Assembly: GCA_018398765.1 (NCBI GenBank)
Contig: JAHBMJ010000101.1
Location: 62,001 to 126,000 of the forward strand
Length of the DNA stretch: 64,000 nucleotides
Direction of reading: 5' to 3'
Source: Chromera velia
Lineage: Eukaryota
This document shows, one piece after another, positions 1 to 11,280 of the stretch. Within the stretch, counting starts at the first letter, position 1; each line of letters opens with the position of its first letter. The notes below the pieces were generated by a model. The model saw only the letters and a program-made list of their open reading frames with translations, was not told the DNA's origin and did not search any database. The translations under genes and the position numbers were made by a program.

Positions 1-80
1 CGAAAATCTCTGACCCCCTCCTCCCCCCTGAGTGTACCTTCAGCCCCCAAATCAACGACAAGTCTCGAAAGCTTGCAAGT

Positions 81-1889
81 GTGTGGAATGCAAAGATGCT
101 TCTGCTTCAGTCACGCCACATGGCGCTAGCAGAGGCAAAAGCCCACGGGTACCTCCCCGACAACTTTTCCATTCTGGGCCCTGCCATTCAGGCCCATACC
201 GCTGCACCCACCCACAGAGGGGGGCTCCCCTCCCACTCTCATCTTCCAACCCCAGCCGCTGTTATCGGAACACCCCCTTCATCGTCTGTACTATCACCCC
301 GGAGGCCCCAAACGAAACAGGGTCGATACCTCAAAGCGGAGGGGGCGCCCCCCTCAGGGACTCCCATCCAGTCCGCAGGTGCCACCCCCCTTCAGACGTC
401 CCCCGTTCTCCAAGGCGCCCTCCTTACAAGGGGGCAGCCAAGGGGGGGTGCAGGCAGAGACGGCACACAAGAAATGTCTTTGGCAGAGACGGCCCGACGC
501 AGCTGCCAGCCGAGGGGGATGCACGCAGTGGCGGCTTCGAACTCTGTCCGGGGGGGGGGTGGCGGTGCCCTGCAGGCTGGTCTCTCCCGTCCCCCGTGTT
601 TCCACTCTCTGTACCATGCAGACTTGATGGGCAGCGTGAGTTTGGTGGAGGCTCAGCTGGAGGCATCGAGCGAGTTGTTTGCAGTCGCAAGTGAGGAAAG
701 GGAGAGGGAGAGACTCGGCAGTCAGAGAGCTGTCATGCAAGCGATGGTAGAGGCAGGGGCAGAGAAGGGATTTCAAAATTTTCCGGTCGAAGACGAGGAC
801 GAGGGAGACGGGGGAGTAGAGGAGGAGGGCGCTCTCGGTGATCAGCCATTCAGCACGTTTCCCCCCTCGTATGCAAACACAGGGGGGGGACAGGAGGGGG
901 TAGTTGCGTCTCTCCATGCAGCAAGTTTGGCTTTGGAGGCTTCTGCTAGAAGGGGGGTAACAAGGGAGAAGGAGGGTCGTGGGGGACGGGCAAAAGGTCG
1001 TGGCACGCCAGGCGGAGCAGCCGGTGTGGCCCCTGCTCCTGCGCCACTGTTTGCATCCGCACGTCCATGGGACCCGCACGAGCCCTCTCAGGGCGTACCC
1101 CTGGCACCTGAGCTTTCCCCTCCGCCCCACCCGGGGCGAGTTGTTCGAATTCCGGGGGGACTGTCCACAGGGGGGTCCTCTGGGGGGGGAGGGGGAGAGA
1201 CGGGGAATCGAAACCACACTATGCAAGTGCCGTTGTCTCGACCTCCTCGCGGGGTGCATGGAGGGGCTCGCATTGAATCCTCTCTGAATACTTCTTTCAC
1301 CACCGCCCACTCCTCCGCCTCTCCTGATGCAGCCCCAGTCCCCCCACAGCCAGCGGCGCATTCTTCCCTTTACCCTCTTACCTCTCACCATCCGGTTTCT
1401 CTCGCCCTTCCTGCTGAAGAGGAGATTCCAGTGGGGGGACACAGTGGCAGAGAGAGGGAGAGGGAGACGGAAGGGTTGTCTGGGCTCACTGCTCGCACTG
1501 CGGTGACGCCTCCCGTGTACCCAACAGCAGCAGCACCAAGGCACTCCCCGGCTTCGGGGGGCACTGCCAGGGGGTTAGGGGGTTCAGAGAAAACGCGCCT
1601 GCGAAGGGAGGAGGGGGGGTCGCCCATATTTGGCTCAGGCTCTCCGCAGACCCGCGACTCCGACCAGAAGCCTTTATCACATCCACTGGGGGACCGTGAG
1701 AATCGCACACACAGTCACAGTGCGAAAGTTGAAGAAGCGAGCAGACTCTTGTCCTTAGGCTCGGGCTCGGGCACGCATGTGCGTACGGAGTCTGGACGCA
1801 AGCGGCAGCTGAGTCGGATGGATTTGGATGGTCTCGCTGACGCGAACCGTGATCCTGCGAGTGCTAGCAGGGGGGCGAAAGGAAGCTGA
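81..1889 (+). CDS. Long low-complexity (G/P/S/A/E-rich) ORF, probably the terminal exon of a gene starting left of the window; function unknown
   Basis: 602-codon uninterrupted frame in GC-rich sequence, ending at TGA 1887-1889 exactly where composition switches to AT-rich intergenic DNA. No recognisable domain. Confidence 0.5.
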   Translation: MWNAKMLLLQSRHMALAEAKAHGYLPDNFSILGPAIQAHTAAPTHRGGLPSHSHLPTPAAVIGTPPSSSVLSPRRPQTKQGRYLKAEGAPPSGTPIQSAGATPLQTSPVLQGALLTRGQPRGGAGRDGTQEMSLAETARRSCQPRGMHAVAASNSVRGGGGGALQAGLSRPPCFHSLYHADLMGSVSLVEAQLEASSELFAVASEERERERLGSQRAVMQAMVEAGAEKGFQNFPVEDEDEGDGGVEEEGALGDQPFSTFPPSYANTGGGQEGVVASLHAASLALEASARRGVTREKEGRGGRAKGRGTPGGAAGVAPAPAPLFASARPWDPHEPSQGVPLAPELSPPPHPGRVVRIPGGLSTGGSSGGGGGETGNRNHTMQVPLSRPPRGVHGGARIESSLNTSFTTAHSSASPDAAPVPPQPAAHSSLYPLTSHHPVSLALPAEEEIPVGGHSGRERERETEGLSGLTARTAVTPPVYPTAAAPRHSPASGGTARGLGGSEKTRLRREEGGSPIFGSGSPQTRDSDQKPLSHPLGDRENRTHSHSAKVEEASRLLSLGSGSGTHVRTESGRKRQLSRMDLDGLADANRDPASASRGAKGS

Positions 1890-1899
1890 TGATGAGCAA

Positions 1900-3420
1900 A
1901 CTTTCTTGTAAAATGACTTAGAAAGTCGCCAACCTAGCATTCGCTTAAATTGCTTTCTAAATTTTTACTAATTTTTCTAGTTAAATTTGCTTCTCAATTC
2001 AATGTACTGCTGATGCATACATACAAATACTCCCCCCAGATATCATGTATACATAGCATAGACACATAGTGATAAGTTTTCACAGTTGATTTGATTTGAT
2101 GTCTAGGAGTGATTTGTATACATATTTATTTTTTTTTGTCCTATCTAGTTTATTTTTTGTCTTTATTAACCTCTCTTTATTAACTCAGTGTCTACTGCTA
2201 GCTAGGCGTATCACAGAAAAAAAAGAGTAAAAAACTGTAGGTATAAAAAAGAATAATTTAATAATTATAAGATTAAGTATTTATTTCTTTTTTTTCATTT
2301 TTTTTGTGCAACACCTAAGCAATAGTTGTTTATCACCTAAGATTGTTAGCCAAAAAAAGGGTGAGAATTAGCTTTATTAATTTATATTTATTTATTCTTT
2401 TGTTGCGTGCCGCTGTATTGCGTCTCGCATGGACCTTGCGTTGGTCTCGGCATATCCGTCCTGGCTGTCCCGTTCGTGCTTATACGGGCGGGGGCCACGG
2501 CATCTATTTCCATTTGTGGAGGTGAAATGTATCCATTTATTCCTCTCTGGCCTCATAAAGCGGTCTGTTTCCTCTAGCCTGAACTGACAGTCTATGGACT
2601 CGGGTGCACCTATATTAATATTCTCTGTACGTTTATAGCAACCGCTTACTCCCTGTATACAACATCTTTTGTTATGATATAGGTTTAGATCTCTAGACTG
2701 CCAGGTCCACGGTATAGCCACAGTAACTTCAACTTAGTTTTTCAGTAGGTTTTTGACTTAAACGTATAAATTAAATACATTCTCCGGTAAACCTCCGCAA
2801 TGTCCTCATCGTACGCCATCGCTAACCATCGCGAGCATGGCCATATATTTCATAACAGATAAACGTAGGGGGAAAACCTAGTGCAAGACGAATCAATCAA
2901 TCAATCGACCCGTAAATGGGGGTCTAACGTTTGGTGTGCGACAGTGTTCTAGGGCACCAATAAATCACTTATCACTACTTATCACTGATTGGTAAGTCAT
3001 ACAACTAGACTTTCTACTAAGTTTCTAGCTAGCTTTCTAGATGTATACATATTATATTATATAACCTAGCTATAATCAAACGTACTATGTCCTAGATTAT
3101 GTCACGTATATACGATATTATCTAGGATGTAATATAAAACAATTTTCAGCTTTTCGCCTCCACAGAAGTTTTGAGTCCCCCCCTAGGTCCCCCCCCCTCT
3201 GTTCCAGACTCATGCATTCCAATACATTCCCGGAGAATTTCCCGTCCCTAGTCCCGTCCCTTAAATCCCGTCCCATAGATGCAACCTCTACCTTCAAGGC
3301 CTAGTTCAAGGCATTAATTTTAGCTTATTCTCAATTCGTGTGTGTTACTTTTCACTTGTGTCTTCTCACTGGCACATAGAATTACTTGCCGAAGAGCCAC
3401 TCAGTGGGTGAGTGAGACAG
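1900..3420. other. AT/TpA-rich intergenic block, probably decayed repeats
   Basis: Abundant CTAG/TATA/TAG words (e.g. 3001-3130), no credible ORF, small CCCGTCCC x3 repeat at 3241-3275. Confidence 0.6.
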
Positions 3421-3708
3421 TGAGTCAGTGACTAAAGTGGAAGAATGCAGCAAATTACTGTGCAGTATCCAGAGCTCCCATAGAACAAAGAAGGACAGTG
3501 TGGGTAGACATTCCACATTGCGGTTCCTTCAACGTCTTCCCTTCCTTCTTCTCTACAATCTTTCCTTCTGGCCTTTCTTTGGTTATTCCCGCTCCCGGCC
3601 CCTTCATCGATGAACGAAGGAAGAGACAGACGATCCGTTTGAGAGACAAGGATCAGGCCTTTGCTCCCGCACAGACTAAAACAAAAGAGCTGACGAAAAA
3701 AAATAAAG

Positions 3709-6471
3709 TCAGAGAAGACCGAACCATTTTGGCCTCTCCTTCATCTCAGGTACGTGTTTGTTCTTCACCAGGTCTGCCGCCGTGTCCTCCACGGTCTTTC
3801 CGAACTCTGTGTACTCGAGCCCCAGCACCTCCTTCGATCGAGAGTTGTCCAGACGGACTTGCCTGCAGTGGTGCATGGGACCGATCGACGAAAAGAGTAC
3901 GTCGCACAGGCGTTGAAGTAACAGGACACATACCCGGTAATTGCTCACCTGGAGCAAGACAAAACGCTGTCTGCCATATACTCTCTCCTCTCTTTCGACG
4001 AACTCGACAGAAACTTTCGTGATTCACACAAACACGACGGAGACTCCACTAGCTAGGCATACGCAAAAAGGCAGGAGTAGAAAATGTAGACGCGATAGTA
4101 ATGTGCTACTGAACGTACAGGCATAGACAAGTGCCACGTCGAGACGGACCGACCGACCTGTTGAGTGAGAGGAAGACGAATGTTCTCTCTGCTGCCGGCT
4201 GCGTGAAGTAGGTGACGATTTTGACAAGAGGTGAGGGGGCGACCTGAGTGGCGATCGGGTGGAATGGGTATTTCTCCTTCAGTTTCATTGCCACCTCCTT
4301 CCAAGAGTAGACACCCTCACAGATCAGAAACCTGAAGGGGAGATAGGCGTACGAGATGAATGTGCTGTTTTCAAGCAGAGGAAACAAAAGGAAAAACATA
4401 AACGAACCAATTGAAGTAATAGAGACAGTGACATCAGCAGATACTCTCGTGGTGTGAAAACTTCAAATGCAGTCCGGCACGATATGCAACACACGGCCGG
4501 GCACGCAGTCAGGCTGAGAGCGAGGAGGGCTGGCCTCAAGCAAGGAGACAAGCGGGTAGACAGACAACCGCCTCAAGCAAGGAGACAAGCGGGTAGACAG
4601 ACAGCCGCCTCAAGCAAGGAGACAAGCGGGTAGACAGACAGCCTCAAGCAAGGAGACAAGCGGGTAGACAGACAACCGCCTCAAGCAAGGAGACAAGCGG
4701 GTAGACAGACAGCCGCCTCAAGCAAGGAGACAAGCGGGTAGACAGACAGCCGCCTCAAGCAAGGAGACAAGCGGGTAGACAGACCGCCGCCCCAAGCAAG
4801 GAGACAAGCGGGTAGACAGACAGCCGCCTCAAGCAAGGAGACAAGCGGGTAGACAGACAGCCAGATAAGGAAGGAGACAAGCGGGTAGACAGACAGCCGC
4901 CTCAAACAAGGAGACAAGCGGGTAGACAGACAGCCAGATAAGCAAGGAGACAAGTGGGTAGACAGACAGCCAGATAAGGAAGGCATGTAGACAAGCACTC
5001 AGATAGGTAGGCCGGCAGGCAGACACACCGACAGAAAGACAGGAAGTGAGTCAGAAAGACACTCAGGCACGCAGCAAGGCTTGACTAAAGGCGAGCACGC
5101 AGACACAGAAAACGAGTTGCAGTGAGGCAGACGGTTTTGCTGCACGGACTCTTTTTTCTTTTTCCCTTGCGCCTCTTGCCGACATGCATCATCGTCCTCC
5201 GTTCTATTCTCTCTCGTGTCAGTCCGCGCATTCAGTCTGCTCTGTTTCTGTCTACCTCTCTCAATTCCCATCTCCTTCATTCATCCCCCCACCTCCAAAG
5301 TGATGACGCGCTGATGACGTTTCGCATATTCTTTCTATCTTTAGGCGTGTGTGTGTATGTAGATGTGCATGCATTAATGAGCGCACGGACGTGTATGTGG
5401 GAGGGGGTGGTGGTGTCAATTGGCATACGTGTAAACATGTGTTGGTACCACTTTTTGCGTTCCTCTTCTTCTCACCTGCCGGTAACGTCCTTTTCCATCG
5501 CCATCACGTGTGCAGCCGCGACATCTCGAACGTCACAGGTGCCGAGACGAATTGGGGGCAGAGCGGGGTCCTGCCCCTTCATGATGCGCCTGCATGGAGT
5601 CATGCAACGGTGCAATCAATGATGCATCAGCCGCTGCTTCCGTCTCCTGTCTTGCCGCAGACTGAACAGAAGAGCAAACGAACAAGAAAAAAAAGACACG
5701 CCGGCTGGGTGCTTTCTGCTTTCTTTTCTCCCTCTTCACCCTCCCATCCCTTTTGTTTGGTTTGTTCGAAAGAGTCCTTCCCTCCTTCCTTCACTGACTG
5801 ACGGACGTACTCGATAAAGGCAACAGATTGGTTGATGTCCCCCCTCAGAGAAGGTCCCAACACAGCGAATGGGTTGATGACTGCGAGTTCGAACGGCTTC
5901 CCTTCCCTCTCCACAAACGCGTGTGCCTCCTTTTCTGCGAGCGTCTTTGAGTAGTAGTAAGGGGACCTGGTCAGGGAGGAGCGGTCGTTCCAGTGGGACT
6001 CGTCGTAGACCGTGTCTGCATGCGCATTGCAATTTAATCAATGCCTTTACTTTCATACAGAATTCTTTTTCAGGCACGGACTCCTCGTAGACCGTGTCTG
6101 CATGCGCAGGCATTGATTGCAATTCTTTTAATCAATGCAGCAGCACCGTAATCAGTCAAAGGGCCACATTGTGACCAATCAGTAGTCAGGCAACAAAGAA
6201 ACCAAAATAGCCACACGCAGAAGAAAAGAGTCAGTTGCACTTATGATCTCTGAACGACGAACGCATACAGATGCTCCCTCCTCTCTCCCCCTCTCCCTCT
6301 CTCTCTTTCTGTCTTCCTCACAAACACAGACAACAGAAAATTCCACACAGAAGTCACCAAGGGCACAAAACTCGAGCAGGGGGGATACGAGAAAAGAAAG
6401 AAGAATCAACGTGGCTGCAGAGACATTCATACACACACACGCACGCACGCACATACACGCACACGCACGCA

Positions 6472-6541
<70 letters not shown>

Positions 6542-6619
6542 CAGAGAGAGAGAGAGAGAATGAATGGATGGATGAATGAATGAATGAGTGAATGAATGAA
6601 TGAATGAATGAATGAATGA

Positions 6620-6651
<32 letters not shown>

Positions 6652-6732
6652 AAAAAAAAAAAAAGAAAAAGAAAGAAAGAAAGAAAAGAAAGACAGAAAG
6701 AAAGAAAGAAAGAAAGAAAGAGAAGGAAGGAA

Positions 6733-6774
<42 letters not shown>

Positions 6775-8028
6775 AAAGAAAGAAAAGAAAAAAAGAAAGA
6801 AAGAAAGAAAGAAAGACAGAAAGAACGAGTGAATGAATGAATGAATGAATGAATGAATGAATGAAACAGAAAGAACGAGAGGGAGAGATGGAGAGAAAGA
6901 AAACTCAATACCTAACTGACCGTCATCGAACTCGTCGGCGATGGCAGCCACCGACGAGGTCTGAATGACTTTCTTCACGCAACCGGCCTCTTTGGCGGCC
7001 TTGAAGACGAACTTCACGCCATTCACTGCGGGGTCCACTAGGTCCTTCTGGGGATCGTTCACCTGCATGCATGCACAGGTTGGTTCTTTTTCCTTCGGTC
7101 TGCGTGCTGCTCTAGTAACTAGCTTGTCTTCGCGCGGTGTTCTGTTCGGGAAAGGCGGACACAGAGAAGTTGAAAAGGGTTCAGCACGTCGAAAAGCCTG
7201 CCGCCATCTCTCCTCACTTTCTCTTCCATTCACGGATTGTGTGAATGTGGACGTTTGCGTATGTGTGTGTTTGTATGTGGAGGGTGAACGAGCACGAGCT
7301 GTGTTCGCATGAAGCCCTTTCCGATAGACAGATAGGCAGATAGAGAGAGACTGAGTGCACGTATGCACTTTCTCAGGCTCACCTGAAGGATGTACGGAGA
7401 CGCTGTGTGCATGACGACTTCACACCCCGTGCAGGCCTCTAGCCAGCCCTCTTCACTGTTCAGATTTCCCTTCACCAACTCCAAATTCTTGTCTGCCCCC
7501 GGGAGGGACGTCAGGTGGTCCACAGACTTCGCATTCTGCACGAGAAACGAAGGAGACATAGACGGAGATGCGAACAGCCAGAGAGAGACAAAGAAGCAAA
7601 CTGAGAGAAAACTAGCTGAGAAGGCATACTTTCAAGGAGGTAGACGGGGGACCAAGATTTCCAGAGAGACACACAGGAAGCAAGACCACCACAGACACAC
7701 ATGAATGGACAGGAAGGCGGTCTGAAGGGAAGCAGTAAGGTAGTGAGCGCCTGCTTCAGAGATAAGTACAGGATTTCCAATGGGACTCGGTGGAAGGAAA
7801 GCGCTGGCTTTGACTGGAGAGAGAGCTAGTCAACTGCCTTCTCCAACCTAGAAAAAGAGAAAACTCCGTGGTAGGTAGTCAGGGTTTGGGGATAAGCGAA
7901 AATCCGTGCAAACAGACCTGAGGATCTCTAACTGTCCCTCTGACTTTGTAGCCCTTCTCCAACAGCTGCTGTACAATGTGGGCGGCAATGAAGCCCGTCG
8001 CCCCTGTCACCAACACTGTTTTCGTCAT
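3709..8028 (-). CDS. NAD(P)-dependent epimerase/dehydratase family protein (extended SDR; DFR/cinnamoyl-CoA reductase/aldehyde reductase-like), 7 exons
   Basis: Exons 8028-7918, 7535-7383, 7062-6921, 6015-5811, 5589-5476, 4331-4158 and 3862-3709 join in frame across GT-AG introns. Motifs: [15 protein letters not shown] (Rossmann fold), HTASP, TSSVAAI, catalytic YYYSK (YxxxK), [29 protein letters not shown]. Confidence 0.93.
4533..4984. repeat. Intronic minisatellite, ~37-bp unit (CCTCAAGCAAGGAGACAAGCGGGTAGACAGACAGCCG), ~12 copies
   Basis: Direct head-to-tail repeats, e.g. units starting at 4571 and 4608, degenerating toward 4980. Confidence 0.95.
6430..6900. repeat. Compound microsatellite (CA)n-(GA)n-(GAAT)n-(GAAA)n in an intron
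   Basis: Seen directly. Similar compound SSRs occur in most introns of the window. Confidence 0.95.
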
Positions 8029-8816
8029 TCTGGACTTTCGAGTTGGGGTCGGAACTGCAGCGAGCGCAGTTCAGTGGAGCCAGACAGGAAGGATACAGCA
8101 AGAGCTAGAAGGTCCGTCTCGCACCTCCAGAATATCAGACTTGAATCAATCTTATGGGTGATGTGAGGGGGCTTGAGGACAGGTGAGACCGTCTACAATT
8201 CGCAGCACCATGCAATCGATGGTGCAGATGTCAAGCACGCTGTCTTCAATGTCTGCCGTCGGTGATACGATTCGATCATTACGATTCTGAGTCAGCGCAT
8301 GCATGTGAGACTCTACTCGAATCATACTCGAATCTCGGGCACCCTGATCTGACGCACGCAAGCGTGCGAACGGCCCCGGAAAGCCCTATAGCCTATAGAA
8401 TGTACAAAGGTTTGTGTGAGACTGCATGTGAGTCCCGCGAGGACTCGCGGTGTATATTATTCATATTGTAATGTCCCTACGGGACATGCCGTGGCCCCCA
8501 GGGGTGAGATGGGGTGAGAGCACTGAGAGGTGCGTCCATGATCGTGGTACATGCATACAACAGGTTCCCCTTCCCATATTAATACATATTAATATATGGT
8601 GCATGACAAAACCCTCAATCACGGTTGTTGGCTGCGCAAAGGCGTAGCCGAGGTATCTGTAAATGCCGTAGAGGGCCGGAGACGGCTGGACGGGTTTTAA
8701 GATGGTTGAGAAGAAGAAATAAGAAGAGCTTTGCTATTAGATACGTTTGCTAATAAAAAAATTAATGACGTACAAGGACTTCGCTAACACACGGTGTTAA
8801 CGTGAATAAACGTGAA

Positions 8817-9048
8817 ACCTCCCTGAACCTAAGTGCTACTTGAAAAAATATAATCAAGATCATCTCTATTTGCGGCATCTTTTTTCAAGAGACCATCCAC
8901 GCTTGCGGCGTAGACGGTCAAGACACCATCCAGATATGCGGCTTTGGCTTTCAAGACACCATAAATAATCCGCACTTGCGGCACGGACTTTCAAGCTTAT
9001 TCAAAAATGCGGCCTGAACTATCAAGTGGTAGTTACGTTCAGGGAGGT
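8817..9048. mobile_element. MITE (non-autonomous DNA transposon) with 27-bp TIRs and an 8-10 bp TSD
   Basis: Left TIR ACCTCCCTGAACCTAAGTGCTACTTGA (8817-8843) versus reverse complement of the right end ACCTCCCTGAACGTAACTACCACTTGA (9022-9048), 23/27 identical. AAACGTGAA flanks both sides (8808-8816 and 9050-9058). Confidence 0.85.
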
Positions 9049-9589
9049 CAAACGTGAAAGAGAAAATGAAATTGTAACCGCAGCAATACATTACTGATAA
9101 ATCTTTAACAACTTATTTTTGCTTATTAAAAAAAAAAATCACAGTGCTCCCTGCTTACATCTACTTACATTTTTATTTTTTATTTATGGAGTTAATATAT
9201 AGGTCTTTTATATACAGACACACATGCTGTAATGTTTCTTTCATTTACTTTTATTTATATTTTGGTCATTCTAGTAGTAGCATAGTAGTATATGTAGTAG
9301 CCAAACATTATATACGCCTTCTATTATCAACTTGCTCTTTTAAATTATCTAGCTATAACTGAGACTGTGAGCTAGTCTATAAAATGTTTGAACACAATGT
9401 TATACAAGTCCCAAACTATGCGCTTGCTATGCTTGCTGTATTAGTTGTTGTAGTTAATTGTGCTCACTTACTCACTCACCAACACACTTAGTCACTGACT
9501 AGGTCACTGACTCACTAAGTCATTCTTGCTTTTTTCACTAATTCACTCACTCATTGTCTTACTTATTCACTCACTTACTCCCTCATTTT

Positions 9590-11060
9590 CCTTGTCTCTC
9601 TTCGATCACTCACCCACATGCCCAAAGTTAACGGCTTCCATTAACACTCTCACATCCATATGCCTAAACGGCTTTTATTCATACACTCGCTCTCTCCGTC
9701 TCTCTTTGTTTATTTCTATTTACTCACAGGCCCTAGCGGCTTAAAGTTCTATTTATACACTGAGTTTCATTCTCTCTTAGTGACAGGCTGTCTCTATTCA
9801 TTCAGGTACCCACACGCCCATGCAAATATCTTCTGCTGACATGCTTGTGCGAGTCCTTGTCCCTCTTCATTCACCCACACGCCCAACCAGCTCCTGTTCA
9901 CCTAGCCTGTTCACACCAGTTCACACACTCGCTTTCCCTATCTATGTTCATGCACCTATACCGTCGTGATGCCCCAAACGGCTTCTGTTTACACACTCGC
10001 TCTCTATGTCTCTCTTCATTATTCTTCATTGATTCATTGCATGAGGCCTAAGCGGCTTCTGTTCACATACTCGCTCTCCTTGTATCTCTTTGTCTCTCTC
10101 CATTCACCCATACGCCCAAACGGCTTCTGTCCACACACTCACTCTCCCTGTCTGAGACTCTCCTAATTTATCAGCAGGCCCAAGCGGCTTCTGTTCATAC
10201 ACTTGATATCTCTTCATTCATCCACAGGCCTAGCCATAAGCCCGAGCGGCTTTTGTTTAATGACATACAATTGATCCCTCTTCATTCATCTATGGGCCCA
10301 AACGGCTCCTGTTCCTAGCTTTTGTTCACATACTCATTCTCCTTGTCTCTCTTTCTTTGCCTGTACACCTAACCAGCTTTTGTTCACATACTCACTCTCC
10401 TTGTATCTCCTTGTCTCCTTTTATTCACCCACACGCCCAAGTGGCTTCTGTTTATACACTCACTCTCCTTGTATCTCCTTGTCTTCCTTCATTCACCCAC
10501 ATACCCAAGCGGCTTCCGTTCACACACTCGTTCTCTTTGTATCTCTTTGTCTTCCTTTATTCACCCACATGCCCAAACGGCTTCTGTTCACACGCTCGTT
10601 CTCCCTGTCTCTCTTCACTCATCCATAGGCCCAAGCGGCTTCTGTATATTTCTGTTCACACACTTGATCTCTCTTCATTCATCCACAGGCCTAACCAGTA
10701 GCCCAAGCGGCTTTTCTTCAATAACACACAATTGATCTCTCTTCATTCATCTACGAGCCTAAGCGGCTTTTGTTCACACACTCATTCTCCTTGTCTCGCC
10801 CACATGCCTAAACGGCTTCTGTTCACAAACTCATACATACTCATAAACATGCTCGTTCTCTCCGTCTCCCTTCATTCATCCACCTGCAGGCCTAAGCGGA
10901 TTCTGTTATTGCACATACTTCCTTTCTATACTCCTCTTTCTCCATGCACCCGCACGCCCAAACATTCACCCACATGCCCAAACGGCTTCTGTTCACACAC
11001 TTGCTTACCTAGCTTTATCCACAGGCCCAAACGGCTTCTGTTCACATCTCTCCCTCTTGA
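9590..11060. repeat. Degenerate tandem/satellite array built from CCCAAACGGCTTCTGTTCACAC(AC)TC...TTCATTCACCCAC units of variable length (roughly 40-65 bp)
   Basis: The core CC(C/T)AA(A/G)CGGCTT(C/T)TGTT(C/T)A recurs about twenty times. Confidence 0.85.
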
Positions 11061-11280
11061 ACTCACCAAGCGCTGGACCTATATGTGGTGAGCCTCTCCA
11101 CAACATTTCAAAGCGAATAGTACAGCATCCACAGCGATACACACTATATATAGACAGTATTTTGTGTCTCAAATCCTCAAGTGGAGGTAAAAGGAAGTCG
11201 AAAAACTAGGTGCTGAAGAACGACAAGAGGGGCCAAGTAGAGAGAAAGAAGACGAGTAAAAAGAGATTCCTGCAGATCAA

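Noticed and set aside
4533..4984. 37-bp repeat array as a CRISPR
   Set aside because: Units are head-to-tail with no unique spacers, lie in a eukaryotic intron, and no cas genes are present.
5300..5330. Hammerhead ribozyme suggested by CTGATGA...TTTCG
   Set aside because: The CUGAUGA and GAAA cores are on opposite strands and no stems fit.
6179..6908. Long ORFs such as [15 protein letters not shown] and WMDG/HPSI (also 35943-36736 and 42963-43792)
   Set aside because: They are translations of intronic microsatellites that lack stop codons.
8871..9026. TGCGGC-N8-TCAAG array as a mini-CRISPR
   Set aside because: The variable parts are only 8 bp and the array is enclosed by TIRs and a TSD, so a MITE explains it better.
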